Counted from the first letter of the stretch, positions 30,800 through 41,670 are shown. The stretch is DNA of 64,000 nucleotides from Succinatimonas sp. CAG:777 (GCA_000431835.1 HF987965.1:18199-82198), one strand, 5' to 3'. Made by a program: numbers and translations. The notes: a model not told the origin generated them from the letters alone.

Positions 30800-32227
30800 A
30801 TGGAAAGTTCAAAGTTAAACTGCAATGTGCCTTTGATGCACAAAGTTAAAAGAATTCACTTTGTAGGTATCGGTGGTGCCGGCATGTGCGGTATTGCTGA
30901 GGTTTTAAGAAATGAAGGTTATGCAGTATCTGGTTCTGATATTGCATCATCTAAAGTTACCAAAAGATTAGAAAATTTAGGTATTACCGTATTTATTGGC
31001 CACAATGCATCTAATGTAAATGGCGCTAGCGTAGTTGTAGTGTCATCGGCAATTCATGAGGGTAATCCTGAGGTTGAGAGTGCTAGAGCTCTACATATTC
31101 CAGTGGTAAGGCGCGCTGAGATGTTAGGTGAGCTAATGCGTTACCGCTATGGTATTGCTATTAGTGGTACTCACGGAAAAACTACAACCACAAGTTTGAT
31201 TGCATCTATCTATGCTGCCGCAAAACTTGATCCTACCTTTGTTATAGGTGGCCTTTTAAACAGTGCTGGTACTAATGCTAGATTAGGTACAGGCAGATAT
31301 TTAATTGCCGAAGCTGACGAGTCAGATGCTTCTTTCTTACACTTACAGCCAATGATGACTGTTGTAACCAACATTGAGCCTGATCATTTAGATACTTATG
31401 GTGGTGATTTTAACTGTCTTAAAAAGACCTTTGTTGAGTTCTTACACAACTTGCCATTCTACGGTGTAGCCGTAGTTTGTGTTGATGATCCTAATGTAAG
31501 AGATATCATTCCCCAGATTGGCAGAACTGTTATTACCTATGGTGTAAGTGAAGATGCTGATTTTAGAGTAACAGATTTTAAAGAAACAGGTCCTCACAGC
31601 TCATTTACCTTAGTAAGAAAAGATGCAGCACCATTAAAGATTGAACTTCCAATTCCAGGTCTTCATATGGCAAAGAATGCAGCTGCTGCTATTGCTGTAG
31701 CATTAGAAGAAGGTATTGAAGGTGACGTTATCGTGCAGGCTTTAAAGAACTTTAAAGGTGTGGGCAGACGTTTCCAAAATTATGGTGAGTTTAAGACTAA
31801 AAAAGGCTGTACCTTAACCTTAGTAGATGACTACGGTCATCATCCAACTGAGGTTGATGCAACTATTAAAGCTGCAAGACAGGCATATCCTGACAAGAAA
31901 TTAGTTATGGTATTCCAACCTCACCGCTACACACGTACACGTGACTGCTATGAGGACTTTGTAAGAGTATTACAGCAGGTTGATAAGTTAATTTTAGTGG
32001 ATGTATATCCAGCAGGTGAACCCCCAATTCCAGGTGCCGATGGCAGACATTTATGTATGTCAATCAGATTGCAGGGTAAGATTGAACCTCACTTTGTGCA
32101 GACTGTAGATGAAGTACCTGCTCTTTTAGAAGAACTTGTTGAGGATAACTCATTAGTTCTGACTCAAGGCGCTGGTAACGTAGTACAGGTTGCCAAAAAC
32201 TTAAGTCAAATCTGGGAAAAGATTTAA
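30800..32227 (+). CDS. murC: UDP-MurNAc:L-alanine ligase MurC
   Basis: [12 protein letters not shown]-terminal motif. [10 protein letters not shown]-loop. Confidence 0.95.
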   Translation: MESSKLNCNVPLMHKVKRIHFVGIGGAGMCGIAEVLRNEGYAVSGSDIASSKVTKRLENLGITVFIGHNASNVNGASVVVVSSAIHEGNPEVESARALHIPVVRRAEMLGELMRYRYGIAISGTHGKTTTTSLIASIYAAAKLDPTFVIGGLLNSAGTNARLGTGRYLIAEADESDASFLHLQPMMTVVTNIEPDHLDTYGGDFNCLKKTFVEFLHNLPFYGVAVVCVDDPNVRDIIPQIGRTVITYGVSEDADFRVTDFKETGPHSSFTLVRKDAAPLKIELPIPGLHMAKNAAAAIAVALEEGIEGDVIVQALKNFKGVGRRFQNYGEFKTKKGCTLTLVDDYGHHPTEVDATIKAARQAYPDKKLVMVFQPHRYTRTRDCYEDFVRVLQQVDKLILVDVYPAGEPPIPGADGRHLCMSIRLQGKIEPHFVQTVDEVPALLEELVEDNSLVLTQGAGNVVQVAKNLSQIWEKI

Positions 32228-32244
32228 TTTAGGCTTTAAAGAGT

Positions 32245-33018
32245 ATGGCAGGCAGTAGACAGACAAGAGGTTACTTTATAGCAGGTGCATTGTTCCTGCT
32301 AATCCTGCTTATTGCCATCGTAAAAAGTGACTACATCATTCAGAATACACTGTCTAAAACTGGAGCATTACCAGTTAGGGCGGTGAAAATTGATGGAGTC
32401 TTCAGACAGATTACAAGAAAAGGCATAGCAGATGTTACTGGTAGGGTTTGCGCAGGTCAGAATATAGCAACACTAGACACTAATGTCTTAAAGACAGAAC
32501 TCATGAAAAATCCATGGGTAGCTCAGGTTGCTGTAAAGAAAAAAATGCCAGATACTATCGTATTATCTGTAATTGAACATGTACCTGCTGCCTACTGGAA
32601 TGATAATGGCATCTATGATGCCCGCACAAAATCAATTTTTTATCCGGATCTGTCACAATTTAGCCAACCATTAGTGAAACTTGGGTCATTTAGGGATAAT
32701 CTGTGCAATGAAGTTTACGACAGTGCGGTTTTGTTCATAAGAGCTATGAATGACAGTCCCTACCAGATGGTAGCTTTGTATTTGGATAAAGTAAGGTGTT
32801 ACACCATTACTTTAGATAATGGAACTAGGCTAATCTTAGGTAGAGGTCAGGACAAGGCTCTTAACCGACTAAAGAGATTTATAAGATCATTTAGTCACAC
32901 TGGACTTAGCATCGATGATGTCGATTATGTGGATTTAAGGTATGATGTGGGTTTTGCTGTAGGTAAGAGAGACGCTAACTCTAACAATACAGTACAGACT
33001 GACAGTGCAAACTATTAA
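32245..33018 (+). CDS. ftsQ: cell division protein FtsQ (POTRA)
   Basis: N-terminal TM then POTRA/beta domain (PVRAVKIDG..., WVAQVAVKKKMPDTIVLSV..E). Follows murC directly; no ddl is present between them. Confidence 0.8.
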   Translation: MAGSRQTRGYFIAGALFLLILLIAIVKSDYIIQNTLSKTGALPVRAVKIDGVFRQITRKGIADVTGRVCAGQNIATLDTNVLKTELMKNPWVAQVAVKKKMPDTIVLSVIEHVPAAYWNDNGIYDARTKSIFYPDLSQFSQPLVKLGSFRDNLCNEVYDSAVLFIRAMNDSPYQMVALYLDKVRCYTITLDNGTRLILGRGQDKALNRLKRFIRSFSHTGLSIDDVDYVDLRYDVGFAVGKRDANSNNTVQTDSANY

Positions 33019-33073
33019 GCTCAGTAAAGCGCAATGCGTTTAAAAGAGTTTTTATTAAGGGAAATAATTCATA

Positions 33074-34489
33074 ATGTTAAATATGAAGAAGAAAAACAAT
33101 AATGCAGTTGCAAAGAGTGATAAGGAAGAACTTATCACCGCCCTTGATATTGGTAGTAGTCATCTGCGTTTGTTATCAGGTTATGTAGGTCCTGATAAAC
33201 AGATTAGGATCAGAGGCTATAAAGAAATTAAGAGCGTTGGTTATTCTAATGGCGAAATTAACGATATTGGAAAACTGGCAGGCTCAATAGCTTCTATTGT
33301 GCAGCAGTTCCAGAATGAATATGGAATTGAGGTTAAAGATGTAGTAACTGGTGTTCCAGGTCACGTTATTCAGGGTGAAAATCAGCAGGGTAATATCACT
33401 GTAAGTTCAGGTCAGGTAACTGAAACTGATAGAAATAGGGCTATCGAAAACGCTGCTGCTGGTTTACAACAGTTAAACCGCAATGACTTTGTGGTAATTC
33501 ACAAAAATCCACAGAATTATTCAACCGAGTCATCAGAAAACATTGTTAACCCAATCGGCTTTTATGCTAAAAGACTTGATGTAAATGTCCATTTTATAGG
33601 TTGCAAAGGCTTATATAAAAAGAACATTGAACAAGCTGTCAGCATGATAAGTTCAAATATTCATACTAAGAATGTTATTTATGTAGGTAACGCAGTCTCT
33701 GCAGCTGCTATTACCGAAAATGAAAAAGAAATCGGTGTTATTCAGGCTGATATTGGCGGTGGTACCATCTCATTTACTGTGTATGATGCTGGTAAACAGT
33801 TAATCTCTCAGGGAATTTCTGATGGTGGTGACTATATTACCAATTCTATTGCAAGAGAGTTTGCTATTCCTAAACAGTCAGCAGAAGAGCTAAAACTCAA
33901 ATACGGCATAGCATCTCCTGATATCATCCCAGATGATCAGAAAAATTATCAACTTAAAGTTGAAGTTCCAACTCAGTTCTCAAATCAGACTGAAGAGGTA
34001 ACCATTACTTTAGGAGAGTTGTCTGCAGTTATCTACAGATGCTTAGGCAGCATGTTTGAACTTTTGTTCCAAAGAATAACAAGTCATGGTAAATCTTTCT
34101 TAAAATCTTTAGATATTGGTGCTGGTGTGGTGTTGACTGGTGGAACAGCCATGTTACGCGGTATTGATACAGTGCTATCAGACTACATCAACTATTACAG
34201 CCAGAATCCTGCTAATGAATTTTTACATTGCAACAGCAAGGTTCGTATTGGTGTACCTGTAGGCTTGAGAATGTGCGATGACATTCGAATTCCAAATGAA
34301 TTAAGAAGCTCAATGGCTCCTGGTATAGCTGCAAGACCAGATCAGGCTGTAGTTTTTGGACTTTTGAGAGTGGCTAAATTTGACAATTTAGAGCAATACT
34401 CAAATTCAAGAAGCAGAAACGACGATTCAGATGAAGTTGGAAAAGGTTTCCTTGGCAACTTTAAAAATTGGATGAAAAGAGAGTTATAG
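33074..34489 (+). CDS. ftsA: cell division protein FtsA (actin-like ATPase, 471 aa)
   Basis: LDIGSS phosphate-1 motif, DIGGGT and GGTAMLRGI motifs. C-terminal amphipathic membrane-targeting helix GFLGNFKNWMKREL. Confidence 0.9.
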   Translation: MLNMKKKNNNAVAKSDKEELITALDIGSSHLRLLSGYVGPDKQIRIRGYKEIKSVGYSNGEINDIGKLAGSIASIVQQFQNEYGIEVKDVVTGVPGHVIQGENQQGNITVSSGQVTETDRNRAIENAAAGLQQLNRNDFVVIHKNPQNYSTESSENIVNPIGFYAKRLDVNVHFIGCKGLYKKNIEQAVSMISSNIHTKNVIYVGNAVSAAAITENEKEIGVIQADIGGGTISFTVYDAGKQLISQGISDGGDYITNSIAREFAIPKQSAEELKLKYGIASPDIIPDDQKNYQLKVEVPTQFSNQTEEVTITLGELSAVIYRCLGSMFELLFQRITSHGKSFLKSLDIGAGVVLTGGTAMLRGIDTVLSDYINYYSQNPANEFLHCNSKVRIGVPVGLRMCDDIRIPNELRSSMAPGIAARPDQAVVFGLLRVAKFDNLEQYSNSRSRNDDSDEVGKGFLGNFKNWMKREL

Positions 34490-34600
34490 ATTACTATATG
34501 CTCACTTTGACGTGAGCTATAACAAAATTTTATGCTAAATTTGAGCAGAATGTCTCAAATATTGGTATGATTTAGTAAAGATTTTTAAGAGAGTACAAAA

Positions 34601-35968
34601 ATGAGCGATTTTCGTGTTGAATCAGTGTCAAATTCAAATGCAGGGAGCACTATCACTCCTTCAGGAAAATGTGTTATCAGAGTATTAGGCATCGGTGGCG
34701 GTGGCGGTAACTCACTACAGCACATGATTAATGACAGTCTTTCAGGTGTGGAGTTTATTGCTGTAAACACCGACTCTCAGGCTCTTTCTAAGTCAACTTC
34801 ACCATTAAAGGTTCAGATTGGTGTTAAGTTAACAAACGGTCTTGGTGCAGGTTGTGATCCTAATAAGGGTCGTAAAGCAGCTGAGGAAAGCAAGGAAGAC
34901 ATCAAGAAGTTGATTCAGGGATCTGACATGGTATTTATCACCGCAGGTATGGGCGGTGGCACTGGTACTGGTGCAGCTCCTATTATTGCAGAGATCGCAA
35001 AAGAAACCGGTGCTCTTACAGTTGCAGTTGTAACTAAGCCATTTAAGTTTGAAGGCAAGAGACATATGGTTAATGCCGAGTCTGGTATTACCGAGCTTTC
35101 AAAGCATGTTGATTCTTTAATTGTTATTGATAACGACAAGTTATTAAAGAACTTAGGTGCAAACATTTCTATTGTTAACGCATTTAATGCAGCAAATGAT
35201 GTGCTGTTAAATGCAGTTAAGGGTATTACTGACGCTATCACAAGCCCAGGTTACATCAACCTTGACTTTGCTGATGTTGTAACCGTAATGCGTGGTCGTG
35301 GTCATGCAATGATCGGCAACGGTGTAGGTCAGGGCGCAAACTTTGTTGAGGACGCTGTAGATAGAGCTATCCATTCACCTCTAATTGAGCAGGTTGATAT
35401 CAAGTCAGCAGCAGGCTTACTTGCAAATGTTCGTGTTAACCCTAACTTCCCAATTGCAAAATGGGAAGAAATTTGTAACGCAATTCAGTCATATGCTGAT
35501 GAAGAGGCAGATTGCAAGTTTGGTATGAGCTTTGACGATTCTATCGCTGAAGATCAGGTTGCAATTACCATCTTAATTACAGGTATCAGCGCAACAGACA
35601 ATACTTTAGCAGCTAATAAGCCTCGTCCAAATACTGTTGAAGGCTTAAACCGCCCTGCAATGCCAGGTACAAGACCTGCTGCAAGAGGTTTCTTCACACA
35701 GGCAAGAACTGATGCTGCTCCACAGCCATTCACTGCTTCACAGCCACAACAACCACAGCAACAGCCTCAGCAGCACGCTCAGACATCAGATCCATTTGCT
35801 CAGACTGCATATAATGGTAGCTTTGGCTCGGCAGCTCCACAGGAGCCAACCTTTACAGGTTTAAAGAGCGCAACTGAAGTCCCTGTAGACAGCTTTGGTA
35901 AGAGCCCTGCTGAAGACAACAGCAACATTTGGGAATTACCTCCAATCTTACGTTCAAAGTCTGAATAA
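34601..35968 (+). CDS. ftsZ: cell division GTPase FtsZ (canonical copy; long Q/P-rich linker and conserved C-terminal peptide)
   Basis: Tubulin signature GGGTGTG, T7 loop NLDFAD, QPQQPQQQPQQ linker. C-terminal ELPPILRSK resembles the FtsA/ZipA-binding peptide (DIPAFLRKQ in E. coli). Confidence 0.95.
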   Translation: MSDFRVESVSNSNAGSTITPSGKCVIRVLGIGGGGGNSLQHMINDSLSGVEFIAVNTDSQALSKSTSPLKVQIGVKLTNGLGAGCDPNKGRKAAEESKEDIKKLIQGSDMVFITAGMGGGTGTGAAPIIAEIAKETGALTVAVVTKPFKFEGKRHMVNAESGITELSKHVDSLIVIDNDKLLKNLGANISIVNAFNAANDVLLNAVKGITDAITSPGYINLDFADVVTVMRGRGHAMIGNGVGQGANFVEDAVDRAIHSPLIEQVDIKSAAGLLANVRVNPNFPIAKWEEICNAIQSYADEEADCKFGMSFDDSIAEDQVAITILITGISATDNTLAANKPRPNTVEGLNRPAMPGTRPAARGFFTQARTDAAPQPFTASQPQQPQQQPQQHAQTSDPFAQTAYNGSFGSAAPQEPTFTGLKSATEVPVDSFGKSPAEDNSNIWELPPILRSKSE

Positions 35969-35984
35969 GATTGCAATGATTAAA

Positions 35985-36016
35985 TAAAAAACGGAGCATA
36001 AGCTCCGTTTTTTTGT
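35985..36016 (+). terminator. rho-independent terminator after ftsZ
   Basis: Hairpin acggagc-ataa-gctccgt followed by a T8 run. Confidence 0.75.
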
Positions 36017-36117
36017 CAGAGCAAAACCAAAATAGACATACTTTCCGACTAATACTTATCCTTTACATTTTTCTCTTATTCAATAAGTGTGCAATACACA
36101 TAAATATCAGCCTGAGG

Positions 36118-36145
36118 TTGCAAAATAAAACTTATTTTTTATAAT
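36118..36145 (+). promoter_or_regulatory. putative sigma70 promoter for the second ftsZ paralog
   Basis: TTGCAA - 16 nt - TATAAT, about 35 bp upstream of the ATG at 36181. Confidence 0.45.
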
Positions 36146-36180
36146 GTCATTCAATATAAACTTGCGGAGCCAAGAGATAA

Positions 36181-37230
36181 ATGAGTGATGTTAAAGTAGA
36201 AAACGATATTAACATGCAGGGAGATACCATTACTCCTTCATGTGGCTGTGTAATTAGAGTCATCGGCGTCGGCGGTGGCGGTAATAACGCACTGCAGTAT
36301 ATGATGGATAAAAATTTAGCTGGTGTAGAGTGCATGGCTATCAATACTGATCCTCAGACTCTTGAAAGAACCAATGCAAAATTAAAAGTTCAGATTGGTG
36401 TAAGAACCACCAATGGTTTAGGTGCAGGCTGCGATCCTAATAAGGGACGTAAGGCTGCTGAAGAGAGCTATGAGGATATTAAAAAGTTACTCTCAGGCTC
36501 TGATATGGTATTTATTACAGCTGGCATGGGCGGTGGTACCGGCACTGGAGCCTCCCCAATTGTCGCCAAAGTTGCTAAAGAAGTTGGAGCCTTAACAGTT
36601 GCTATCGTAACTCAGCCTTTCTCTTTTGAAGGTAAACGTCACCGTATCAATGCAATGGCTGGTATCAGTGAGCTTGCTAAAAACGTTGATTCCATCATTA
36701 TTGTTGATAATGACAAGTTATTAAGAAACTTAGGCCCGAACGTATCTTTAAAGAATGCCTTTGAAAAAGCAAATGATGTTTTATATCAGGCAGTAGAAGG
36801 TATTACCTCAGCTATTACAAACACAGGTTTTATCAACCTTGATTTTGCTGATATCGTAACCGTAATGAGAAACAGCGGTTTGGCTATGATTGGCTCATCT
36901 GAAGGTCAGGGACCAAACTTAGTTGAAGATACTGTAAGAAAGGCAATCAACTCCCCATTAGTTGATAACGTAAACTTAGGTTCAGCTACTGGCCTAATTG
37001 CTAATATCAGAGTAAGCCAGAATATTCCTGTAAATCTGTTGTCTGAAGTTTGCGACGCCATTCAGGCATACGCTCGTGAGGATGCAACATGTAAGTTTGG
37101 TCTGTATTTTGATGACAAACTTGATGACGGTAAGATTGTTGCTACAGTTTTAGTAACCGGTATCAGTTCAACTGATATTGATTTACCTTCAAATCAGGCT
37201 ATCAACAGATTAAATCCTGCAAATAATTAG
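36181..37230 (+). CDS. FtsZ paralog (349 aa): intact GTPase core, no C-terminal linker or conserved C-terminal peptide
   Basis: About two-thirds identical to the upstream ftsZ over the core ([24 protein letters not shown] all kept). Ends ...[26 protein letters not shown] with no downstream coding continuation in any frame. Has its own promoter and terminator. Confidence 0.85.
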   Translation: MSDVKVENDINMQGDTITPSCGCVIRVIGVGGGGNNALQYMMDKNLAGVECMAINTDPQTLERTNAKLKVQIGVRTTNGLGAGCDPNKGRKAAEESYEDIKKLLSGSDMVFITAGMGGGTGTGASPIVAKVAKEVGALTVAIVTQPFSFEGKRHRINAMAGISELAKNVDSIIIVDNDKLLRNLGPNVSLKNAFEKANDVLYQAVEGITSAITNTGFINLDFADIVTVMRNSGLAMIGSSEGQGPNLVEDTVRKAINSPLVDNVNLGSATGLIANIRVSQNIPVNLLSEVCDAIQAYAREDATCKFGLYFDDKLDDGKIVATVLVTGISSTDIDLPSNQAINRLNPANN

Positions 37231-37292
37231 ATAAAAATCTTGAGATAAACAGGTTATAAACCTGATAAAAATCGGATTATACATACGATAAA

Positions 37293-37330
37293 GTCGTAAT
37301 TGCACTAGACAGGTAATTACGCTTTTTTTT
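37293..37330 (+). terminator. possible rho-independent terminator after the ftsZ paralog
   Basis: Stem cgtaatt...aattacg (13-nt loop) followed by cttttttttat. Confidence 0.4.
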
Positions 37331-37527
37331 ATAAATTTAAGAAAATAATTAAATTTTAAATTGTCGCTTTCTGCTAATTTTTACCTAAGAATAAGCGACT
37401 AATATCACATGTAGCAAATAAAAGATCTGTAAACTATTGTTTAACTTAATGTTAAAAATGTTCGCTAGATCGCAAAAAAGTTATATAATGTGTGCAGTTC
37501 TGCACCACATTGGCGTGAGGTATTCAA

Positions 37528-38466
37528 ATGATCAAGCAGAGAACAATCCTAAAACCTGTATCTATGACAGGTATCGGTCTTCATTCTGGTGCTAAAGTAG
37601 AAGTGGCTTTCAGACCAGCTCCTGCTAATACCGGTCTTGTTTATACTCGCACAGATTTAAATCCAGCCGTAACAATTAAGTGTAATGCAGACTCTGTAAG
37701 AGATACTCAGTTATGTACTGCACTTGTCAATGATAATGGCGTAAGAATTTCAACTGTTGAGCATCTTACAGCTGCTTTAAGCTCATTAGGTATTGATAAC
37801 CTTTTTATTGATGTCAATGCGCCTGAAATTCCTGTAATGGATGGTTCAGCTCAACCATTTATCTATTTGTTCGGTACAACAGGGATCAAAGAATTATCTG
37901 CTCCTAAAAAGTTTTTAAGAGTTGCTCGTAAGGTTCGTGTAGAAAACGAAGGTAAGTGGGCAGAATTAACTCCATCAGAGAGTGGTTTCCATTTAGATTT
38001 ACAAATCGATTTTAACCACCCTGCAATGGATAGAGATAAGCAGCACTTTGCAATGGACTTTACAGGTCAGAGATTTGCAAGTGAAGTATCTCGTGCTCGT
38101 ACCTTCTGCTTTATGCGTGATGTTGAATTCATGCATGCTCATAACTTAGCTTTAGGCGGTTCATTAGAAAACGCTGTGGTTTTAGATGACAACAGAGTAA
38201 TTAACCCTGAAGGTTTACGTTATGAAGACGAATTCGTAAAGCACAAGTTATTAGATGCAATCGGTGATCTGTATATGGATGGTCACAGCATCCTTGGTAA
38301 TTTCAAAGCTTACAAGACTGGTCATGATTTAAACAACCGTCTATTAAGAGCATTCTTAGCAGATCCTAAGAACTATGAAGTTATCGAATTTACAAATGAA
38401 ATTGCTGAAAGCCCTGAACATGCTATTGATTTTCTTGATAGCAAGAAAGCACTAAGAGCCTTTTAA
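37528..38466 (+). CDS. lpxC: UDP-3-O-acyl-GlcNAc deacetylase LpxC
   Basis: MIKQRTLK..SGIGLHSGxKV and HxxxxxxAxxGD-type zinc-site motifs. Position after ftsZ as in E. coli. Confidence 0.95.
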   Translation: MIKQRTILKPVSMTGIGLHSGAKVEVAFRPAPANTGLVYTRTDLNPAVTIKCNADSVRDTQLCTALVNDNGVRISTVEHLTAALSSLGIDNLFIDVNAPEIPVMDGSAQPFIYLFGTTGIKELSAPKKFLRVARKVRVENEGKWAELTPSESGFHLDLQIDFNHPAMDRDKQHFAMDFTGQRFASEVSRARTFCFMRDVEFMHAHNLALGGSLENAVVLDDNRVINPEGLRYEDEFVKHKLLDAIGDLYMDGHSILGNFKAYKTGHDLNNRLLRAFLADPKNYEVIEFTNEIAESPEHAIDFLDSKKALRAF

Positions 38467-38475
38467 GGATATTAG

Positions 38476-39006
38476 ATGCTGTCAATTAAGGCCGGATGGA
38501 TTGAAGGAATTCGTCAGGTTCCGGTCAAAAGATTCGGTCCTCGTCCTAGTGTTTTTGAAATCTCTCTAATTGTCATCCACTGTATTGCTCTGCCTCCAAA
38601 ACATTTTGGAGGACATTATGTGGATGATATCTTTACAGGATGTCTTGATCCTGACGCTCATCCCTACTTTAAGGATGTAGCCCATCTTGAAGTATCCTCT
38701 CATCTTTTTATCAACAGACTTGGTCGTATCACTCAATACGTTTCATTCCTTGATAGGGCATGGCATGCTGGTCGTTCATCATATAATGGGCATAAAGAGT
38801 GCAATGACTACTCAATTGGTATCGAACTTGAGGGAAGCGATGATAGTGAATACACTATAGATCAGTATAAGAGTTTAAAAGAAGTCGTAGCTCTTATTAA
38901 GCAAACCTATCCTGCAATTGGTAATAATGTTGCAGCTCATAGTGAAGTCGCTCCAAACAGAAAGACCGACCCTGGTCCTTATTTTGACTGGAGTGGCCTA
39001 AGATAA
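38476..39006 (+). CDS. ampD: 1,6-anhydro-N-acetylmuramyl-L-alanine amidase AmpD (amidase_2)
   Basis: Near-colinear with E. coli AmpD (HxISLPP..FGG, AHL.VS.H..I.R.G...QYV.F..RAWHAG.S.Y.G...CNDxSIGIELEG, KTDPGP.FDW). Confidence 0.85.
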   Translation: MLSIKAGWIEGIRQVPVKRFGPRPSVFEISLIVIHCIALPPKHFGGHYVDDIFTGCLDPDAHPYFKDVAHLEVSSHLFINRLGRITQYVSFLDRAWHAGRSSYNGHKECNDYSIGIELEGSDDSEYTIDQYKSLKEVVALIKQTYPAIGNNVAAHSEVAPNRKTDPGPYFDWSGLR

Positions 39007-39046
39007 AAATAAAGATAACCTAAAGATAAAGAGGTGTACCAAACTT

Positions 39047-41599
39047 ATGGCTAACTATCTTACTTCTTACTTTGAACAAGCGAAAGAGCGTCAGACTGCA
39101 GGTGTAGAGCCTTTAGCATTGAATGCAGAATTTACAAAAGAACTTGTTTCACTTCTAAAAACACCTCCTGTAGGTTCAGAAAATGACCTTTTACACCTCT
39201 TAAAAGACAGAATCAATCCAGGTGTAGATGAGTCTTCAAAAATAAAAGCTGACTTTTTATATGAAATTGCAACAGGCAAGGCTGTAAGCCCCATTGTTGA
39301 TAAGAAATTAGCTGTAGCTCTTTTAGGCAATATGAAAGGTGGCTTTAATGTAGGTTACTTGGTGTCTTTATTGTCAGATAAAGAGTTAGCAACGGACGCT
39401 GAAGATGCTCTAGAGCAGACTCTTTTAATCTACAACGCTTTTGATGATGTAGCAACATTAGCTACCAATGGCAATAAGAATGCTCAGTCTCTAATTCAAA
39501 AATGGGCTGATGCAACTTGGTTTACTAAAAAAGCTGAATATCCAAAGAAAGTTACTTTAACCGTATTTAAAGTAGCAGGTGAGACTAATACTGATGATTT
39601 CTCACCAGCTCCTGATGCCTGGTCACGTCCTGATATCCCACTGCATGCACTTGCTATGTACAAGATCTCACGTGATGACTTAAAGGCTGATATTGAAGGT
39701 GTAAAGGGCCCAATCTCTACTATCGAGAAATTAAAGTCAAAGGGCAATCCTCTCTTATTCGTAGGTGATGTTGTAGGTACTGGCTCTTCAAGAAAGTCAG
39801 CAGCTAACTCACTTATCTGGCACATCGGTCATGACATCGAAGGTGTACCTAACAAGAGAGCAGGTGGCGTAGTTGTAGGTGGTAAGATTGCTCCTATCTT
39901 CTACACAACTTTAGAGGATTCTGGTGCCCTTCCAATTGAAGCTGATGTTTCAAACTTAAACTCAGGCGATGTAGTAGATTTAAATGTTTATGACGGCACT
40001 ATTACCCGTCATGATTCAGATGAGGTTTTAACTAAGTTCAGTTTAAAGACTAATACTTTATTAGATGAGGTTAGAGCTGGTGGTCGTATTCCTCTTATCA
40101 TTGGTAAAGATTTAACCTCAAAAGCTAGAAAGTTCTTAAAGTTATCTGAGTCTGAGGTCTTTGCAAAGTCTTCAAAGATTGAAGGTGCTGGTGGCTACAC
40201 CAGAGCTCAAAAGATTGTAGGTAAGGCTTGTGGCTTAGAAGGTGTACGTCCAGGTCAGTACTGTCAGCCTGTAATTACAACTGTAGGCTCACAGGATACA
40301 ACAGGACCTATGACAAGAGATGAGTTAATTGATTTAGCTTGTCTTAAGTTCTCAGCTCCAGTTGTAATGCAGTCATTCTGTCATACTGCAGCTTATCCAA
40401 AGCCTGTTGATGTTAAGACTCATCACACCTTACCTCAATTCATCCAAAACAGAGGCGGTATTGCTCTGCACCCAGGCGACGGTGTTATCCATTCATGGTT
40501 AAACAGAATGTGTCTGCCTGATACTGTAGGTACCGGTGGTGATTCACATACCCGTATGCCATTAGGTATCTCATTTGCAGCAGGTTCAGGTCTTGTAGCT
40601 TTCGCAGCTGCAACCGGCATCATGCCACTTGATATGCCTGAGTCTGTATTGGTTCGCTTTACAGGTAAGAGAAAGCCTGGCATCACCTTACGTGATCTTG
40701 TACATGCTATCCCTTATTTTGCAATTCAAAAGGGCTTATTGACAGTTGAGAAGAAGGGCAAAAAGAACATCTTCTCAGGCAAAATCATCGAAATTGAAGG
40801 TCTTGAGGATCTGTCAGTTGAACATGCTTTTGAATTAGCTGATGCTTCAGCTGAAAGATCAGCTGCTGCCTGCGCTATCTCTTTATCAAAAGAGTCTGTC
40901 GCTAAGTACTTAAAGTCTAATATCGCTCTCTTACGTCAAATGGCAAAAGATGGCTATGAGACCAAAGAAGCTTTATTAGCCCGTGCTGATGCTATGCAGA
41001 AGTGGCTTGACAACCCAGAGCTTGTAGAAGCTGACAAAGACTGCTCATATGCAGCTGTACTAGAAATTAACTGCGATGAAATTAACGAGCCTATCTTATG
41101 TGCTCCTAATGATCCTGATGATGCTCGTTTATTATCAGAGGTTGCAGGCACTAAGATTAATGAGGTTTTTGTCGGTTCATGTATGACTAATATCGGCCAT
41201 TACAGAGCAGCTGCCGAGATCTTAAAAGGTCAGAGCCATGAAGTTCCTGTAAGACTGTGGATGACTCCTCCTACCAGAATGGACAGACAGGAGTTGTCAG
41301 ATGAAGGCCTGTTCTCTATCTTAGGTAAGGCTGGTGCTAGAATTGAAATTCCTGGCTGCTCACTATGTATGGGTAATCAGGCACGTGTTGCAGATAACGC
41401 AACTGTAATTTCAACTTCTACAAGAAACTTCCCTAACCGTTTAGGTAATGGTGCAAATGTGTTCTTAGGCAGTGCAGAGCTTGCTGCTGTTACTGCAAAA
41501 TTAGGCAAGTTACCTACAGTTGATGAATACTTTGAAAACACCAAATGCCTTGATGGCAAAGAAAGTGAGATCTACTCACTGTTAGATTTTAGCAAGTAG
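39047..41599 (+). CDS. acnB: aconitate hydratase B (bifunctional aconitase / 2-methylisocitrate dehydratase, 850 aa)
   Basis: AcnB-specific N-terminal HEAT-like domain. Fe-S cysteine ligands (SCMTN, CSLCMGNQARV). Confidence 0.95.
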   Translation: MANYLTSYFEQAKERQTAGVEPLALNAEFTKELVSLLKTPPVGSENDLLHLLKDRINPGVDESSKIKADFLYEIATGKAVSPIVDKKLAVALLGNMKGGFNVGYLVSLLSDKELATDAEDALEQTLLIYNAFDDVATLATNGNKNAQSLIQKWADATWFTKKAEYPKKVTLTVFKVAGETNTDDFSPAPDAWSRPDIPLHALAMYKISRDDLKADIEGVKGPISTIEKLKSKGNPLLFVGDVVGTGSSRKSAANSLIWHIGHDIEGVPNKRAGGVVVGGKIAPIFYTTLEDSGALPIEADVSNLNSGDVVDLNVYDGTITRHDSDEVLTKFSLKTNTLLDEVRAGGRIPLIIGKDLTSKARKFLKLSESEVFAKSSKIEGAGGYTRAQKIVGKACGLEGVRPGQYCQPVITTVGSQDTTGPMTRDELIDLACLKFSAPVVMQSFCHTAAYPKPVDVKTHHTLPQFIQNRGGIALHPGDGVIHSWLNRMCLPDTVGTGGDSHTRMPLGISFAAGSGLVAFAAATGIMPLDMPESVLVRFTGKRKPGITLRDLVHAIPYFAIQKGLLTVEKKGKKNIFSGKIIEIEGLEDLSVEHAFELADASAERSAAACAISLSKESVAKYLKSNIALLRQMAKDGYETKEALLARADAMQKWLDNPELVEADKDCSYAAVLEINCDEINEPILCAPNDPDDARLLSEVAGTKINEVFVGSCMTNIGHYRAAAEILKGQSHEVPVRLWMTPPTRMDRQELSDEGLFSILGKAGARIEIPGCSLCMGNQARVADNATVISTSTRNFPNRLGNGANVFLGSAELAAVTAKLGKLPTVDEYFENTKCLDGKESEIYSLLDFSK

Positions 41600-41635
41600 T
41601 ATTTACTATTTTTCTGAAAATCAACCTATACTTGA

Positions 41636-41670
41636 AAAAGCAGAGTGAGAAATATACTCTGCTTTTTTTA
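41636..41670 (+). terminator. rho-independent terminator after acnB
   Basis: Hairpin agcagagt-gagaaatat-actctgct followed by a T7 run. Confidence 0.7.

Noticed and set aside
34585-35241. Antisense ORFs inside ftsZ (34585-34770, 34829-35065, 34915-35241) and inside the ftsZ paralog (36147-36344), with Pro-rich 'PPPPP' stretches
   Set aside because: They are the reverse-complement reading of the Gly-rich GGTGGCGGTGGC tubulin-signature codons. They are embedded in strongly supported genes and have no independent signals.
39091-41559. Multiple short antisense ORFs within acnB (39091-39330, 39496-39825, 40435-40686, 40954-41151, 41377-41559) and within mdh (41853-42284)
   Set aside because: They are embedded antisense in highly conserved metabolic genes and have no independent support.
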